This document shows positions 1-8,241 of a stretch of 56,298 nt of DNA, piece after piece. The notes beneath the pieces are model-generated. The model was not told where the DNA came from and made no database searches. It worked only from the letters and a program-made list of their open reading frames with translations. The stretch lies in IMG/VR virus record IMGVR_UViG_3300044674_000260, positions 1-56,298 of that record; one strand, written 5' to 3'. Both the position numbers and the translations under genes were made by a program. Positions within the stretch are counted from its first letter, which is position 1; the number at the start of each line of letters is the position of its first letter. The stretch comes from a virus (taxonomy: Duplodnaviria > Caudoviricetes).

Positions 1-105
1 AACTAACGCAACAAAGCAAATTGCAATCGCTACATCCTGCCAGTCAATCCGCGCAAGGTCGCGCTCCATCTCCTCAAGCAACTCTGCCAAGCTCCGCAAA
101 ATCAT
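1..105 (-). CDS. small membrane protein, truncated at window edge (paralog of 55099-55242)
   Basis: ATG at 105 overlaps the GGCT stop (ATGA); MILRSLAELLEEMERDLARIDWQDVAIAICFVALV is near-identical to the right-end copy. Confidence 0.6.
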   Translation of the reverse strand, partial: MILRSLAELLEEMERDLARIDWQDVAIAICFVALV

Positions 106-503
106 GCCGCTAACTCCGAATCACGCAACGCAACGCGCAAATGCCAATCATCAAGACCAAAGTCCTTATAACCCTCTTCGATCATTTTATAATAACCACT
201 CGACGGCATGCCAAGATTCCCCTTCGGGCCGTTCATGTCGTAAATCATCCACTCGCCGTTGATCTTGCGCCGATCATACAAGGTCGGGTATCCTTCCAAC
301 CTGTCCAACGCTCGCAAGCAATCGTGCGTAATCTCCCACAAAACCACAGGCAAAATGTTGTCGTGATCCTGTCGGAAGTCCGCAACACCGCGAAAAATCA
401 AACGGTGGTCAGGCAGATAAAAGCCGCCCATCGGCTTGGCCTTCGGACATCGCGCAGCCATAGCTTCGCGGTTCGTGTTCATTCCATATGCTAGATAATA
501 CAT
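102..503 (-). CDS. gamma-glutamylcyclotransferase (GGCT/AIG2-like) family protein
   Basis: YLAYGMN N-terminal motif, LDRLEGYP motif, PSxxY near C-terminus. Confidence 0.85.
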   Translation of the reverse strand: MYYLAYGMNTNREAMAARCPKAKPMGGFYLPDHRLIFRGVADFRQDHDNILPVVLWEITHDCLRALDRLEGYPTLYDRRKINGEWMIYDMNGPKGNLGMPSSGYYKMIEEGYKDFGLDDWHLRVALRDSELAA

Positions 504-539
504 GGTAACTCCTATTTTGTTCGGGTTAAAACGCAGCCG

Positions 540-896
540 TTAAGCTGCGTTCAATTCATATTCGATTAGGTCAAGCGCATCATCGACAAGCTCAGTGTTC
601 AGCTTCTCCAACGTGTCGCGGTCAATCTCACCTACGATCACCTTTTGCGCATAAGATGGGCAACAGTCCGCATCGCATGCAGTGTAATTGCAGAACTGCG
701 CAATCACCCATGAACGCAACTTCTTCGGCTTGTCATGGTGCGCAAGCAAGAACTCCTTGTTAGCGCGATAGTGCTCCTCACCCAAATAAGAGCCGTCCAA
801 CCAACCGCGAAAAAAGCGGCGGGTCACATGGTTGCTGTCCAAAAGATCACCTGCAAGGTCGCGGATAATGCGGGTTTTTGCTGTCGTGTCAGTCAT
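540..896 (-). CDS. hypothetical early protein (paralog of 55874-56230)
   Basis: GAGGAGG RBS; conserved in second copy. Confidence 0.8.
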   Translation of the reverse strand: MTDTTAKTRIIRDLAGDLLDSNHVTRRFFRGWLDGSYLGEEHYRANKEFLLAHHDKPKKLRSWVIAQFCNYTACDADCCPSYAQKVIVGEIDRDTLEKLNTELVDDALDLIEYELNAA

Positions 897-904
897 GGCG
901 TGTG

Positions 905-958
905 CCTCCTCATTTACTAGACAATCCCAACTTATCCCATATTATATGCCACGTCAAC
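905..958 (-). promoter_or_regulatory. sigma70-like early promoter with TGGGA boxes
   Basis: TTGACG...ATGGGATAAGTTGGGATTGTCTAGTAAATGAGGAGG on - strand. Confidence 0.6.
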
Positions 959-983
959 AGGAAAATATAAAAAAAATTATGCA

Positions 984-1180
984 TTGATTTTAAACGATTT
1001 TTTACGTCAACTTTTTTCACGTCAAAAGTTGACGCGGTTGACGTTGACGTAGAATATTCAATAAAATCAACGATTTAGGCCATTTGCGTCAACTGCGTCA
1101 GAAATGGATTTTGACGTAAAAAACTTAATGAAATCAATGACTTATTTTACGTCAACTGCGTCACCCCCTATATAGGGGGG
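984..1180. repeat. iteron-like RCGTCAA/TTGACGY repeat cluster, candidate origin
   Basis: about 10 copies of CGTCA/TGACG in both orientations in AT-rich non-coding DNA, ending in palindrome CCCCCTATATAGGGGG. Confidence 0.6.
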
Positions 1181-1324
1181 AATATAATCCAATTCCCCCG
1201 ACGTAAGATTGTCCCGTCACCCGTCACGTCGTAACTTGGGAACCCGTGGGAAGTTTTGGGCTTGCGTCAGGCGAGCCAGCAGGCTAATCTTGTAACACGA
1301 TAAATTATTCGGGTAGCAGCACAA

Positions 1325-1846
1325 ATGCCAAAGGTCGGTGAGCAGATAGCAAAAGGGGTAAAGCGACTAACACCCCCGCAGCAGAAGTTTCTGGATAACT
1401 ACATTCACAAAGACATGACGCAAACCGCAGCAGCCAGAGCAGCGGGATACAAAAACCCGAACGTGTCAGCCGTGCAGCTTCTCAATCATCCACGCGTGAA
1501 AGAACGCATGGAAGAAATGCGCCAAGAACTCGAAAGCAAATACGGCGTAACAATCACCAAATCAGTCAGAGACATGCAACGCCTACGCGACGAGGCATGG
1601 GAAGCAGGTAACTTCGGAGCCGCTATAAAGGCCGAGGAGCTGCGCTTAAAGGTCACTGGCCTCATGGTAGCCAGAAGCCACGTTACACACGAGCATGTGG
1701 ACAATCTGAGCCGTGAGCAGATCGTTGAACAACTGCAAGAATTTATGGAACGTGCTAAAAATCGAATGATTGATGTGACACCTTCAGAAAATCCCATAGA
1801 ATCCGAACAAATCCCTATAACTGATTGTAGCGAGCAGGCCGAGTAA
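1325..1846 (+). CDS. terS: terminase small subunit
   Basis: LTPxQQKF...TxAARAAGY...AVQLLNHPRV HTH signature of Terminase_2 family. Confidence 0.85.
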   Translation: MPKVGEQIAKGVKRLTPPQQKFLDNYIHKDMTQTAAARAAGYKNPNVSAVQLLNHPRVKERMEEMRQELESKYGVTITKSVRDMQRLRDEAWEAGNFGAAIKAEELRLKVTGLMVARSHVTHEHVDNLSREQIVEQLQEFMERAKNRMIDVTPSENPIESEQIPITDCSEQAE

Positions 1847-2154
1847 TCGGGCTTCCGCACCGTGCGGGTCGGGAGGCGGGGACTTTCCGCCCCCTAATCG
1901 GGGCCATCGGGTCGGGTTGATCGGGGCATCGGGCTTCGGGGTGCCCGGATCGGGGTAACCCGAGGAATTGTTCGGGTTATGCTCCCCGGAGACTAGCATA
2001 CACGCCGGGTAACAACAACCGGGGCGCTGGCGTCCTGGCAACCGGGCGCTTCGATTTTGCCGGTTAAGACAACCCGAGCAATTGTTCGGCTTGCCGCGCC
2101 CGGTAGCGCCTGCCGGGTAGTGCCCGGTTGAGGATAATTTTTTTTATTTTTTGT

Positions 2155-2210
2155 GTTGACATATTATATGGCATGGGATAATGTGGGATTGTCTAATATG
2201 AGGAGACTGA
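2155..2210 (+). promoter_or_regulatory. sigma70-like promoter with TGGGA boxes
   Basis: TTGACA...ATGGGATAATGTGGGATTGTCTAATATGAGGAG, same architecture as 905-958. Confidence 0.6.
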
Positions 2211-2213
2211 AAA

Positions 2214-2402
2214 ATGAAACACTGGGAAGTAGAGCACAACGGCGAATATCTTCGTATCGAGTGGAACGAGTCAGCAACCTTTAACCTGCAAACACCGATC
2301 CAAGGCCAGTGGGTAGATTATCACTGTTTCACTTGCTACGGCATTGATAGCGATCAGGAAGCCTTGGAGCATGCAATGGAAGTATTAGAGGAGATGGAAT
2401 AA
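2214..2402 (+). CDS. hypothetical protein
   Basis: GAGGAG RBS, downstream of promoter. Confidence 0.7.
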   Translation: MKHWEVEHNGEYLRIEWNESATFNLQTPIQGQWVDYHCFTCYGIDSDQEALEHAMEVLEEME

Positions 2403-2611
2403 TGTATAAAGTCTTGGGTATGGATTGGAGCAATGGTGACGTTGAGAGCGTTGAGTTGCACGACGCGGATACAGCGGAAGAAGCTAACGGTTGGGTAGTC
2501 GGGTATATCCGTCACGGAGATATGGGCGGATACGATGCAATCAATGTGGTAGCAGAAAATGGCTACACAAAATCGGAGTTTACCAAAGACTTCGGATGGA
2601 CTCACTACTAA
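2402..2611 (+). CDS. hypothetical protein
   Basis: TAATG coupling, GGAG RBS. Confidence 0.65.
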   Translation: MYKVLGMDWSNGDVESVELHDADTAEEANGWVVGYIRHGDMGGYDAINVVAENGYTKSEFTKDFGWTHY

Positions 2612-2936
2612 ACAATCGGGCTTGACCCTTCGGGGTCGGGCCTATCGGGATCGGGGTATCGGGATCGGGATCGGGGTATATCATATGATATGCCCCTTTT
2701 TATATGTATATACACATACATACACACATACATGCATACATGTGTTCATATTCTTTGAAAAAAACGCTCATTCATCCGCGCCAAAACCACCAGCCGAACG
2801 CCAGCAAAAACGATAAGCCGAACAATTGTTCTAGATAATCCCACAAAATCCCTTGTTTTATGGGATAATATCAGTTAAAAGAGGTTATGGCAGGGCAATA
2901 CCGCACTGCCAATCTAGAAAAAAGCGAGTAAAAACA

Positions 2937-4010
2937 ATGACTTATACATTTGGTATCGAAATCGAAACAGCAGGTGTTTCAATCAACCGCGTCGAAAATG
3001 CATTAGATCGTGCGGGTGTTCGTGGGTGCAAGGTGGTTCCAGACGGTACGCCAAACGTTGACGCTGAAATCATATTGCCACCTTTGGCAGATTGTCAGGT
3101 GGCGTTTGAATACATTGAAAGCGTTTGCGATGTGTTGGAACGCGTCGGATGTGACGTCAACCGCAATTGTGGTTTGCATGTTCATATTGGCAATGCGCCA
3201 TTGTCTGATGACACAACACCCGCTGCATTCACAGGCGATAGCATTTCACACATGGCGCGTACTGGTTCATATTATTCAAACCATGGCGAAGCGTTTGACG
3301 CGGTTATCGTTAAAGACATCATGCAACGCTACGAACGCCAACAGGCAACGTTCAACACAATGTTTGCATCATCACGCACAAACAATCGCATGTGTCAGGC
3401 ATTGAATGCATCACAGCTTGAACACGCTACCACCATTCGCGAATTGAACCATGGCAAGTTTTTCGCAATCAATCTTGAAACATGGCAACGCGGTACAATG
3501 GAATTTCGTCAACACGGTGGCACAATCGACGCGGTTAAAATTTGGAATTGGGTGCAATTCCTAATCAACCTAGTTGACCACACCATTCAAAACCGCGTCG
3601 AAACAGGAACACGCACAATTGTTCAAGATACGCCAGTTGATCCATTCCGCCGCAATTCACGCGTGGGTGTTCAATATACAATGATGCGCAACGGCAATGG
3701 TGGCGTAACAACGCGTGACATTATGGACGCCACAGGATGCAGCGAGCAACGTGTTCGTGCGTCTGTTTCAGACATCCGCAATCGTGTTGGTGATGGTGCT
3801 GTCATCACCCACACACAACAGGCAAACGGTGGGTCATATGGCGATGGCACAGACCTAACACGCTACGAGGTTTTGACATCATTCCAAACCACAGATGGTG
3901 GCGTCCAATTGCGCAGCGATGACACAATAGGCATACCGTCGATATGGGCAGGAACATCAGATGACTTGTTCGAATGGTGGCAGGATCGCATCGAGGCATT
4001 GGCGCGATAA
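2937..4010 (+). CDS. putative amidoligase (COOH-NH2 ligase, Amidoligase_2-like) with C-terminal HTH-like extension
   Basis: TFGIEIE, CGLHVH and TMEFRQHGGT motifs. Confidence 0.85.
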   Translation: MTYTFGIEIETAGVSINRVENALDRAGVRGCKVVPDGTPNVDAEIILPPLADCQVAFEYIESVCDVLERVGCDVNRNCGLHVHIGNAPLSDDTTPAAFTGDSISHMARTGSYYSNHGEAFDAVIVKDIMQRYERQQATFNTMFASSRTNNRMCQALNASQLEHATTIRELNHGKFFAINLETWQRGTMEFRQHGGTIDAVKIWNWVQFLINLVDHTIQNRVETGTRTIVQDTPVDPFRRNSRVGVQYTMMRNGNGGVTTRDIMDATGCSEQRVRASVSDIRNRVGDGAVITHTQQANGGSYGDGTDLTRYEVLTSFQTTDGGVQLRSDDTIGIPSIWAGTSDDLFEWWQDRIEALAR

Positions 4011-4040
4011 GCGCCAACACCACCACAGACCCCGTAAAAA

Positions 4041-4066
4041 GCCCCGCTGAGTGCGGGGTTTTTTGT
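4041..4066 (+). terminator. rho-independent terminator
   Basis: CCCCGC-tgagt-GCGGGG followed by T-run. Confidence 0.8.
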
Positions 4067-4307
4067 TTTCCTTGGGTCCCTTGCCTAATCCGAACAATTG
4101 TCTGAAATCGGGGCATATGGGGCCTATGCACCCCCCGCAGTTTTCGCGCGGGTCAGGGCCACATCTACACTGTGTTTCCCACCAACATTCAGCACGAAAA
4201 ATGTTTTGCCCCTGTATGGGACCCATGGGGGGTCAAAAAAATTTTTCACAAAAATTCCGTTGACCAGTCCCATAAACTTCCATATCGTCTGGGCAAAGGA
4301 GACTAGG

Positions 4308-4547
4308 ATGCCGAAGTATAGATTGAGTTATGGCACGAATGATGAGTTTTATGCTCAGACGGCTGGGGAGGTTGTTCCGATATTGCAGGATCGTCATATG
4401 TTGGGCGGGGGTGATGACGAGTGGGCATTTTGTCGTCGATTGGCGATAGAGATGTGCGAGTGGAATGGTGGGAATTACTATTATCATAGCCGCGATGCGT
4501 TAGCAAAGAGCATGATTGAGAATGGATTGCTTGAGGTGATTGATTAA
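4308..4547 (+). CDS. hypothetical protein
   Basis: AAGGAG RBS before ATG 4308; TTGACC promoter-like element at 4260. Confidence 0.7.
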   Translation: MPKYRLSYGTNDEFYAQTAGEVVPILQDRHMLGGGDDEWAFCRRLAIEMCEWNGGNYYYHSRDALAKSMIENGLLEVID

Positions 4548-4595
4548 ATTATTGGAAATTGTTAGGATTGCGGCAACTGTTAGCGGAGATTTTAG

Positions 4596-7500
4596 ATGAA
4601 TGTACGCATGATGCCGCCCCAAGGCCCAATGGGACAACCACAGCCGATGGGTGGAGCACCAGCCCCGATGCCGCCGCAGGGTGGTCCGATGGGTGGTCCG
4701 ATGCCAGTACCACCGATGCAGGGCCAGCCGACTGCTGGACAGCAGAAGGGACAGGGATTGGGGAGTACGTTTGGCGGGAGTGCGAGTGGTCGTCAGGGGT
4801 TTAAGCAGTTTATGGCTGCGAAGAAGCAGACGAGTGCGATGGTTCCTCAGATTCCGCAGGCACAGATGCCGATGCCGCAGGCTCCGATGGGAGCGCAGCC
4901 TATGTTACCTGCGCCGAATCCACAGATGCTGGGAGCGATGAAGCCTATGGGTGCGCCTCAGATGGGGGGTCCTGTTCAGGCGGGTCGTCCGATGCGCGGG
5001 ACTCAGGGTGGATTGGGGAGTGCGCCAGTTCAGTTGAACCGTGGTGGCATGGTTGAAACGCGAGATGGTGCTGAGATTCCGCGTCGTACTGTGATTAGCG
5101 ATCAGCCGCATATGTTGGCGTATATCAATCCACAGGAAGCGAATTTGTTAAAGGGTCTTGGTGGTTCTGGATTGCCGGGTCCGGGCGGTGTTCCCGCTTA
5201 TGACTGGAGTTTTTCTGGATGGGTCAATGATACATTTGGCACCAGTATCAAGGACAGTTCTGGTAATGTAGCGTCGAATAAGAGTGACAATACGACTCCG
5301 ATGCCGACGAATACGTCTGTTGATTTTACGTTGCCGGGTTCTGATGATCCTGTAGCGACGATTGACTATGGCAATGACAATGATGGCATTACCAACGTCA
5401 CATATCATGATGACAATGACAACAAGCCAGCGACTACAGTTGTAACTGGATCGAGTGGTTATCCGAGTTTAGATGCGACTGCGAATAACGTTGTGAGCAC
5501 AGGAACGCTTGTTGATTTGAGCGGTGCTGCTTCGAGTGGCTATTATGAACCGCCCGGGTTTGATTTTGATGGCGATGGGATTAGCGGTGAGGGCAGCGAT
5601 GTTTTAGACAACAACGACAGTGATCCGTTTGTTGATTTGCCTGACTTTAGTGATGATAATGTAACGCCGATATATGACGACAGCGATTCTGGTTATGGTG
5701 GTGATTCTGACGAGACAGACTTTAGTCAGCCTGTATATACACCTGTTGTTGATACGACGCCTCCTCCACCTGTATATACGCCTCCCCCTCCTCCTCCGAA
5801 GTATTATGATATGTTTGGTGGTGAGCATTCGAGTCAGGCTGCGGCGGATGCTGCGGATCGTCAGTATGAGGCACAGGCTGTAGCTGCTGAGGCGGTTGAG
5901 ACTGTGACATCTACGCCGTCTGATACGACGTATTCGTACAGTGGTGCTGGTGCTGATACTGACGCGGGTGGTGATCTTGATCCTGCGTCGATGTATGAGT
6001 CGAGTGTTTTCCGTGAGGCGAATGTTCCGATTCCTGAGTCATACATGCCGACATCTGAGGATTTCATGCCCGGGATTACGGGTACTGGCACTGGGACTCC
6101 TGCTTCTGAGCGTACAGAGGCTGAGGAGAATGCGATACGTGCGCTATATGGTTTAGACCCGATTGGTGTTGATTCGGATGAAGAGGATGATTTAAAGACT
6201 GCTGTTGAGGACATTTACAACATTGGCCTTGAGGGTGAGTTTGGTGGGTTGGACTTGGATGTTCCTGAAGCTGAGGCTGATGTTGGTTTGCAGAAGGCGT
6301 CTGCTGAGTTCCCGACTGGTCCGTTTGTTGATTCAGAATTGACAGGTTTGGAAGAGTTTGAGGATGATCGTTACGCTGGTCAGTTCCCTGAGACTGTGGA
6401 TGATTTCACGATTAGCATGCCTGACATGGCTAAGGATGAAATGGAGCAGAATCTGGTGGATTATTACACCACTGGTGCTGGTTCTGATGGTGCGACTCAG
6501 GATGTTTACATGCCGACTGATGAGTCGTTTACGTCTGCATCTGAGGACATGAGTCCTCTTGATGAGATTGCTGAGGCGACGGCTGTGGAGTTTGAGGATT
6601 TGTATCCAGACTCTGATGACACGTTGAGCATTGAGGTTGATGACCCGAATATTATTGATTTTGATATTCGTGATCCTGAAGAGGACACTGGTCTGTTCCC
6701 AGAAGATGAGGGAGAAGACGAGGGAGAAGATGAGGCAGTTATTGGCGGCGAAGATGATCAGCAGAAAGATACAACGGCTTCTGAAGATTACTTGAGTGCG
6801 ATGAATAAGTTGGGCAAAGAGGATTACGATCCTAATAATCTAACTGAAGCGGAGCAACGTGCGTTGTATGGTGCTCGTGGTCAGGTTCCGAACGCGGCTG
6901 AGACAGCGTATTTGCAGAAATTGTTGAGCAACGCGAAGCATTCTGAAGATGTTCTAAATCCTGTAACTGGTGAGGTTATTGCTAAAGCAGGCGATTATGT
7001 CACTGAGCAGAGCTTAGGTAACATGTTTGAAGACCTGTTGATTTCAGGACTTGATATGTTTGTGAACCCACTGAGCATTTTGGGTGGGAAGTTTACGCTA
7101 GAAGGTCAGCAAGACGCTTATATTCAAGAGCAGCTTGACGCTTATAAGAATGGTGGCACGTTCGTTTACGGCGAGGATGGCAAGACTGTCGTTGGCGTTG
7201 CGAAAGCGAACTATGATGCTGACAACGATGGCGTGAATGACACGGTTGTTCTGAATAACGAGAATGGCGACTTCGTTGAAGATGGTGATGACATCATCAT
7301 TACTGGTGATGCGATTAGCACTGATGACGTTGAGATCAACGACAACGTTGACGGTGAAGATGAAGACGATGACATTGACATTGTGTTCAGTGATACAACG
7401 TTTGAAAACACTGAAGATGGCGTTGTTGAAGAACAAGTAGGCGGCACAGATACGACAACAACTGGTGGTGATGACCCATGTCCAGATGGGTATTCGTTGG

Positions 7501-8240
7501 TTGATGGTATGTGTCAGCCTGACGATGGCATTGGGACTGAAGAGGGTGATGAGGCTGCTGCGCGTGTGAATCTACGATTGCGTAAGATTGATCGCGGTGG
7601 TGGTGACTTGCCTGACGCGACGATTCCTGATCCAGTTGAGGGTGAGGCGTTGATTGTTCGCAAGCCTGCTCAGTTCTTTGAGGGCGGTGGCGTTTATGGC
7701 CCTGACGATGAAGATGATGACTATGATCGTTACTATGTGCGGGACAATGTTGTTTATACCGACTATGGCCCCGGGGTTTCGACGTATCAGATAGGTGAGG
7801 GTGAAGACCCTAGCGCAATCATTAACTTCCTTGATCAGCAGGGTTTCAGAGAGACTGCGCCTGCGGATAGCATGGACGATAGTTCTGCCTTCCTTGGTGG
7901 AATTGGTGGCAATCAGACTACACAGGGACAGCAAGGTCAGACATCATTGCCTGTCTATAATCCTGATATGCCAGACCCTACAGACCCAACTATCCCAGAT
8001 TATGAGACTCCAGTTGATCCTGATCCGATTGCTGATCCTATTCATGATCCGAGAAAGATGATCATTCGTGCACCTAAGCAGTTCAAAACAGCTTACGATG
8101 GTATAGTTTTCAATCCTGATAGTGGTCCACGAAATTTAGACCCGTATACTGGGCAAAGAATTAACAAACCTGCTCAGTTTGCACAGGGTGGCATGGTAAC
8201 GCCGAACATTGATAGGTTCTTGCAGTCTTTAGGAAGCTGA
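4596..8240 (+). CDS. large acidic low-complexity protein, putative internal virion/ejected protein
   Basis: 1214 aa; M/Q/P/G-rich N-terminus, D/E-rich body, three xxxGGxV motifs; directly upstream of terL. Confidence 0.7.
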   Translation: MNVRMMPPQGPMGQPQPMGGAPAPMPPQGGPMGGPMPVPPMQGQPTAGQQKGQGLGSTFGGSASGRQGFKQFMAAKKQTSAMVPQIPQAQMPMPQAPMGAQPMLPAPNPQMLGAMKPMGAPQMGGPVQAGRPMRGTQGGLGSAPVQLNRGGMVETRDGAEIPRRTVISDQPHMLAYINPQEANLLKGLGGSGLPGPGGVPAYDWSFSGWVNDTFGTSIKDSSGNVASNKSDNTTPMPTNTSVDFTLPGSDDPVATIDYGNDNDGITNVTYHDDNDNKPATTVVTGSSGYPSLDATANNVVSTGTLVDLSGAASSGYYEPPGFDFDGDGISGEGSDVLDNNDSDPFVDLPDFSDDNVTPIYDDSDSGYGGDSDETDFSQPVYTPVVDTTPPPPVYTPPPPPPKYYDMFGGEHSSQAAADAADRQYEAQAVAAEAVETVTSTPSDTTYSYSGAGADTDAGGDLDPASMYESSVFREANVPIPESYMPTSEDFMPGITGTGTGTPASERTEAEENAIRALYGLDPIGVDSDEEDDLKTAVEDIYNIGLEGEFGGLDLDVPEAEADVGLQKASAEFPTGPFVDSELTGLEEFEDDRYAGQFPETVDDFTISMPDMAKDEMEQNLVDYYTTGAGSDGATQDVYMPTDESFTSASEDMSPLDEIAEATAVEFEDLYPDSDDTLSIEVDDPNIIDFDIRDPEEDTGLFPEDEGEDEGEDEAVIGGEDDQQKDTTASEDYLSAMNKLGKEDYDPNNLTEAEQRALYGARGQVPNAAETAYLQKLLSNAKHSEDVLNPVTGEVIAKAGDYVTEQSLGNMFEDLLISGLDMFVNPLSILGGKFTLEGQQDAYIQEQLDAYKNGGTFVYGEDGKTVVGVAKANYDADNDGVNDTVVLNNENGDFVEDGDDIIITGDAISTDDVEINDNVDGEDEDDDIDIVFSDTTFENTEDGVVEEQVGGTDTTTTGGDDPCPDGYSLVDGMCQPDDGIGTEEGDEAAARVNLRLRKIDRGGGDLPDATIPDPVEGEALIVRKPAQFFEGGGVYGPDDEDDDYDRYYVRDNVVYTDYGPGVSTYQIGEGEDPSAIINFLDQQGFRETAPADSMDDSSAFLGGIGGNQTTQGQQGQTSLPVYNPDMPDPTDPTIPDYETPVDPDPIADPIHDPRKMIIRAPKQFKTAYDGIVFNPDSGPRNLDPYTGQRINKPAQFAQGGMVTPNIDRFLQSLGS

Positions 8241-8241
8241 T

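Larger units (their letters stand above)
1..958. repeat. left copy of diverged terminal duplication (matches 55138-56298)
   Basis: nt 1-45 identical to 55138-55182; same gene order and highly similar proteins. Confidence 0.9.

Noticed and set aside
1-45. Exact direct terminal repeat proving circularity
   Set aside because: Identity extends only 45 nt and the match is internal (55138), not at the window end
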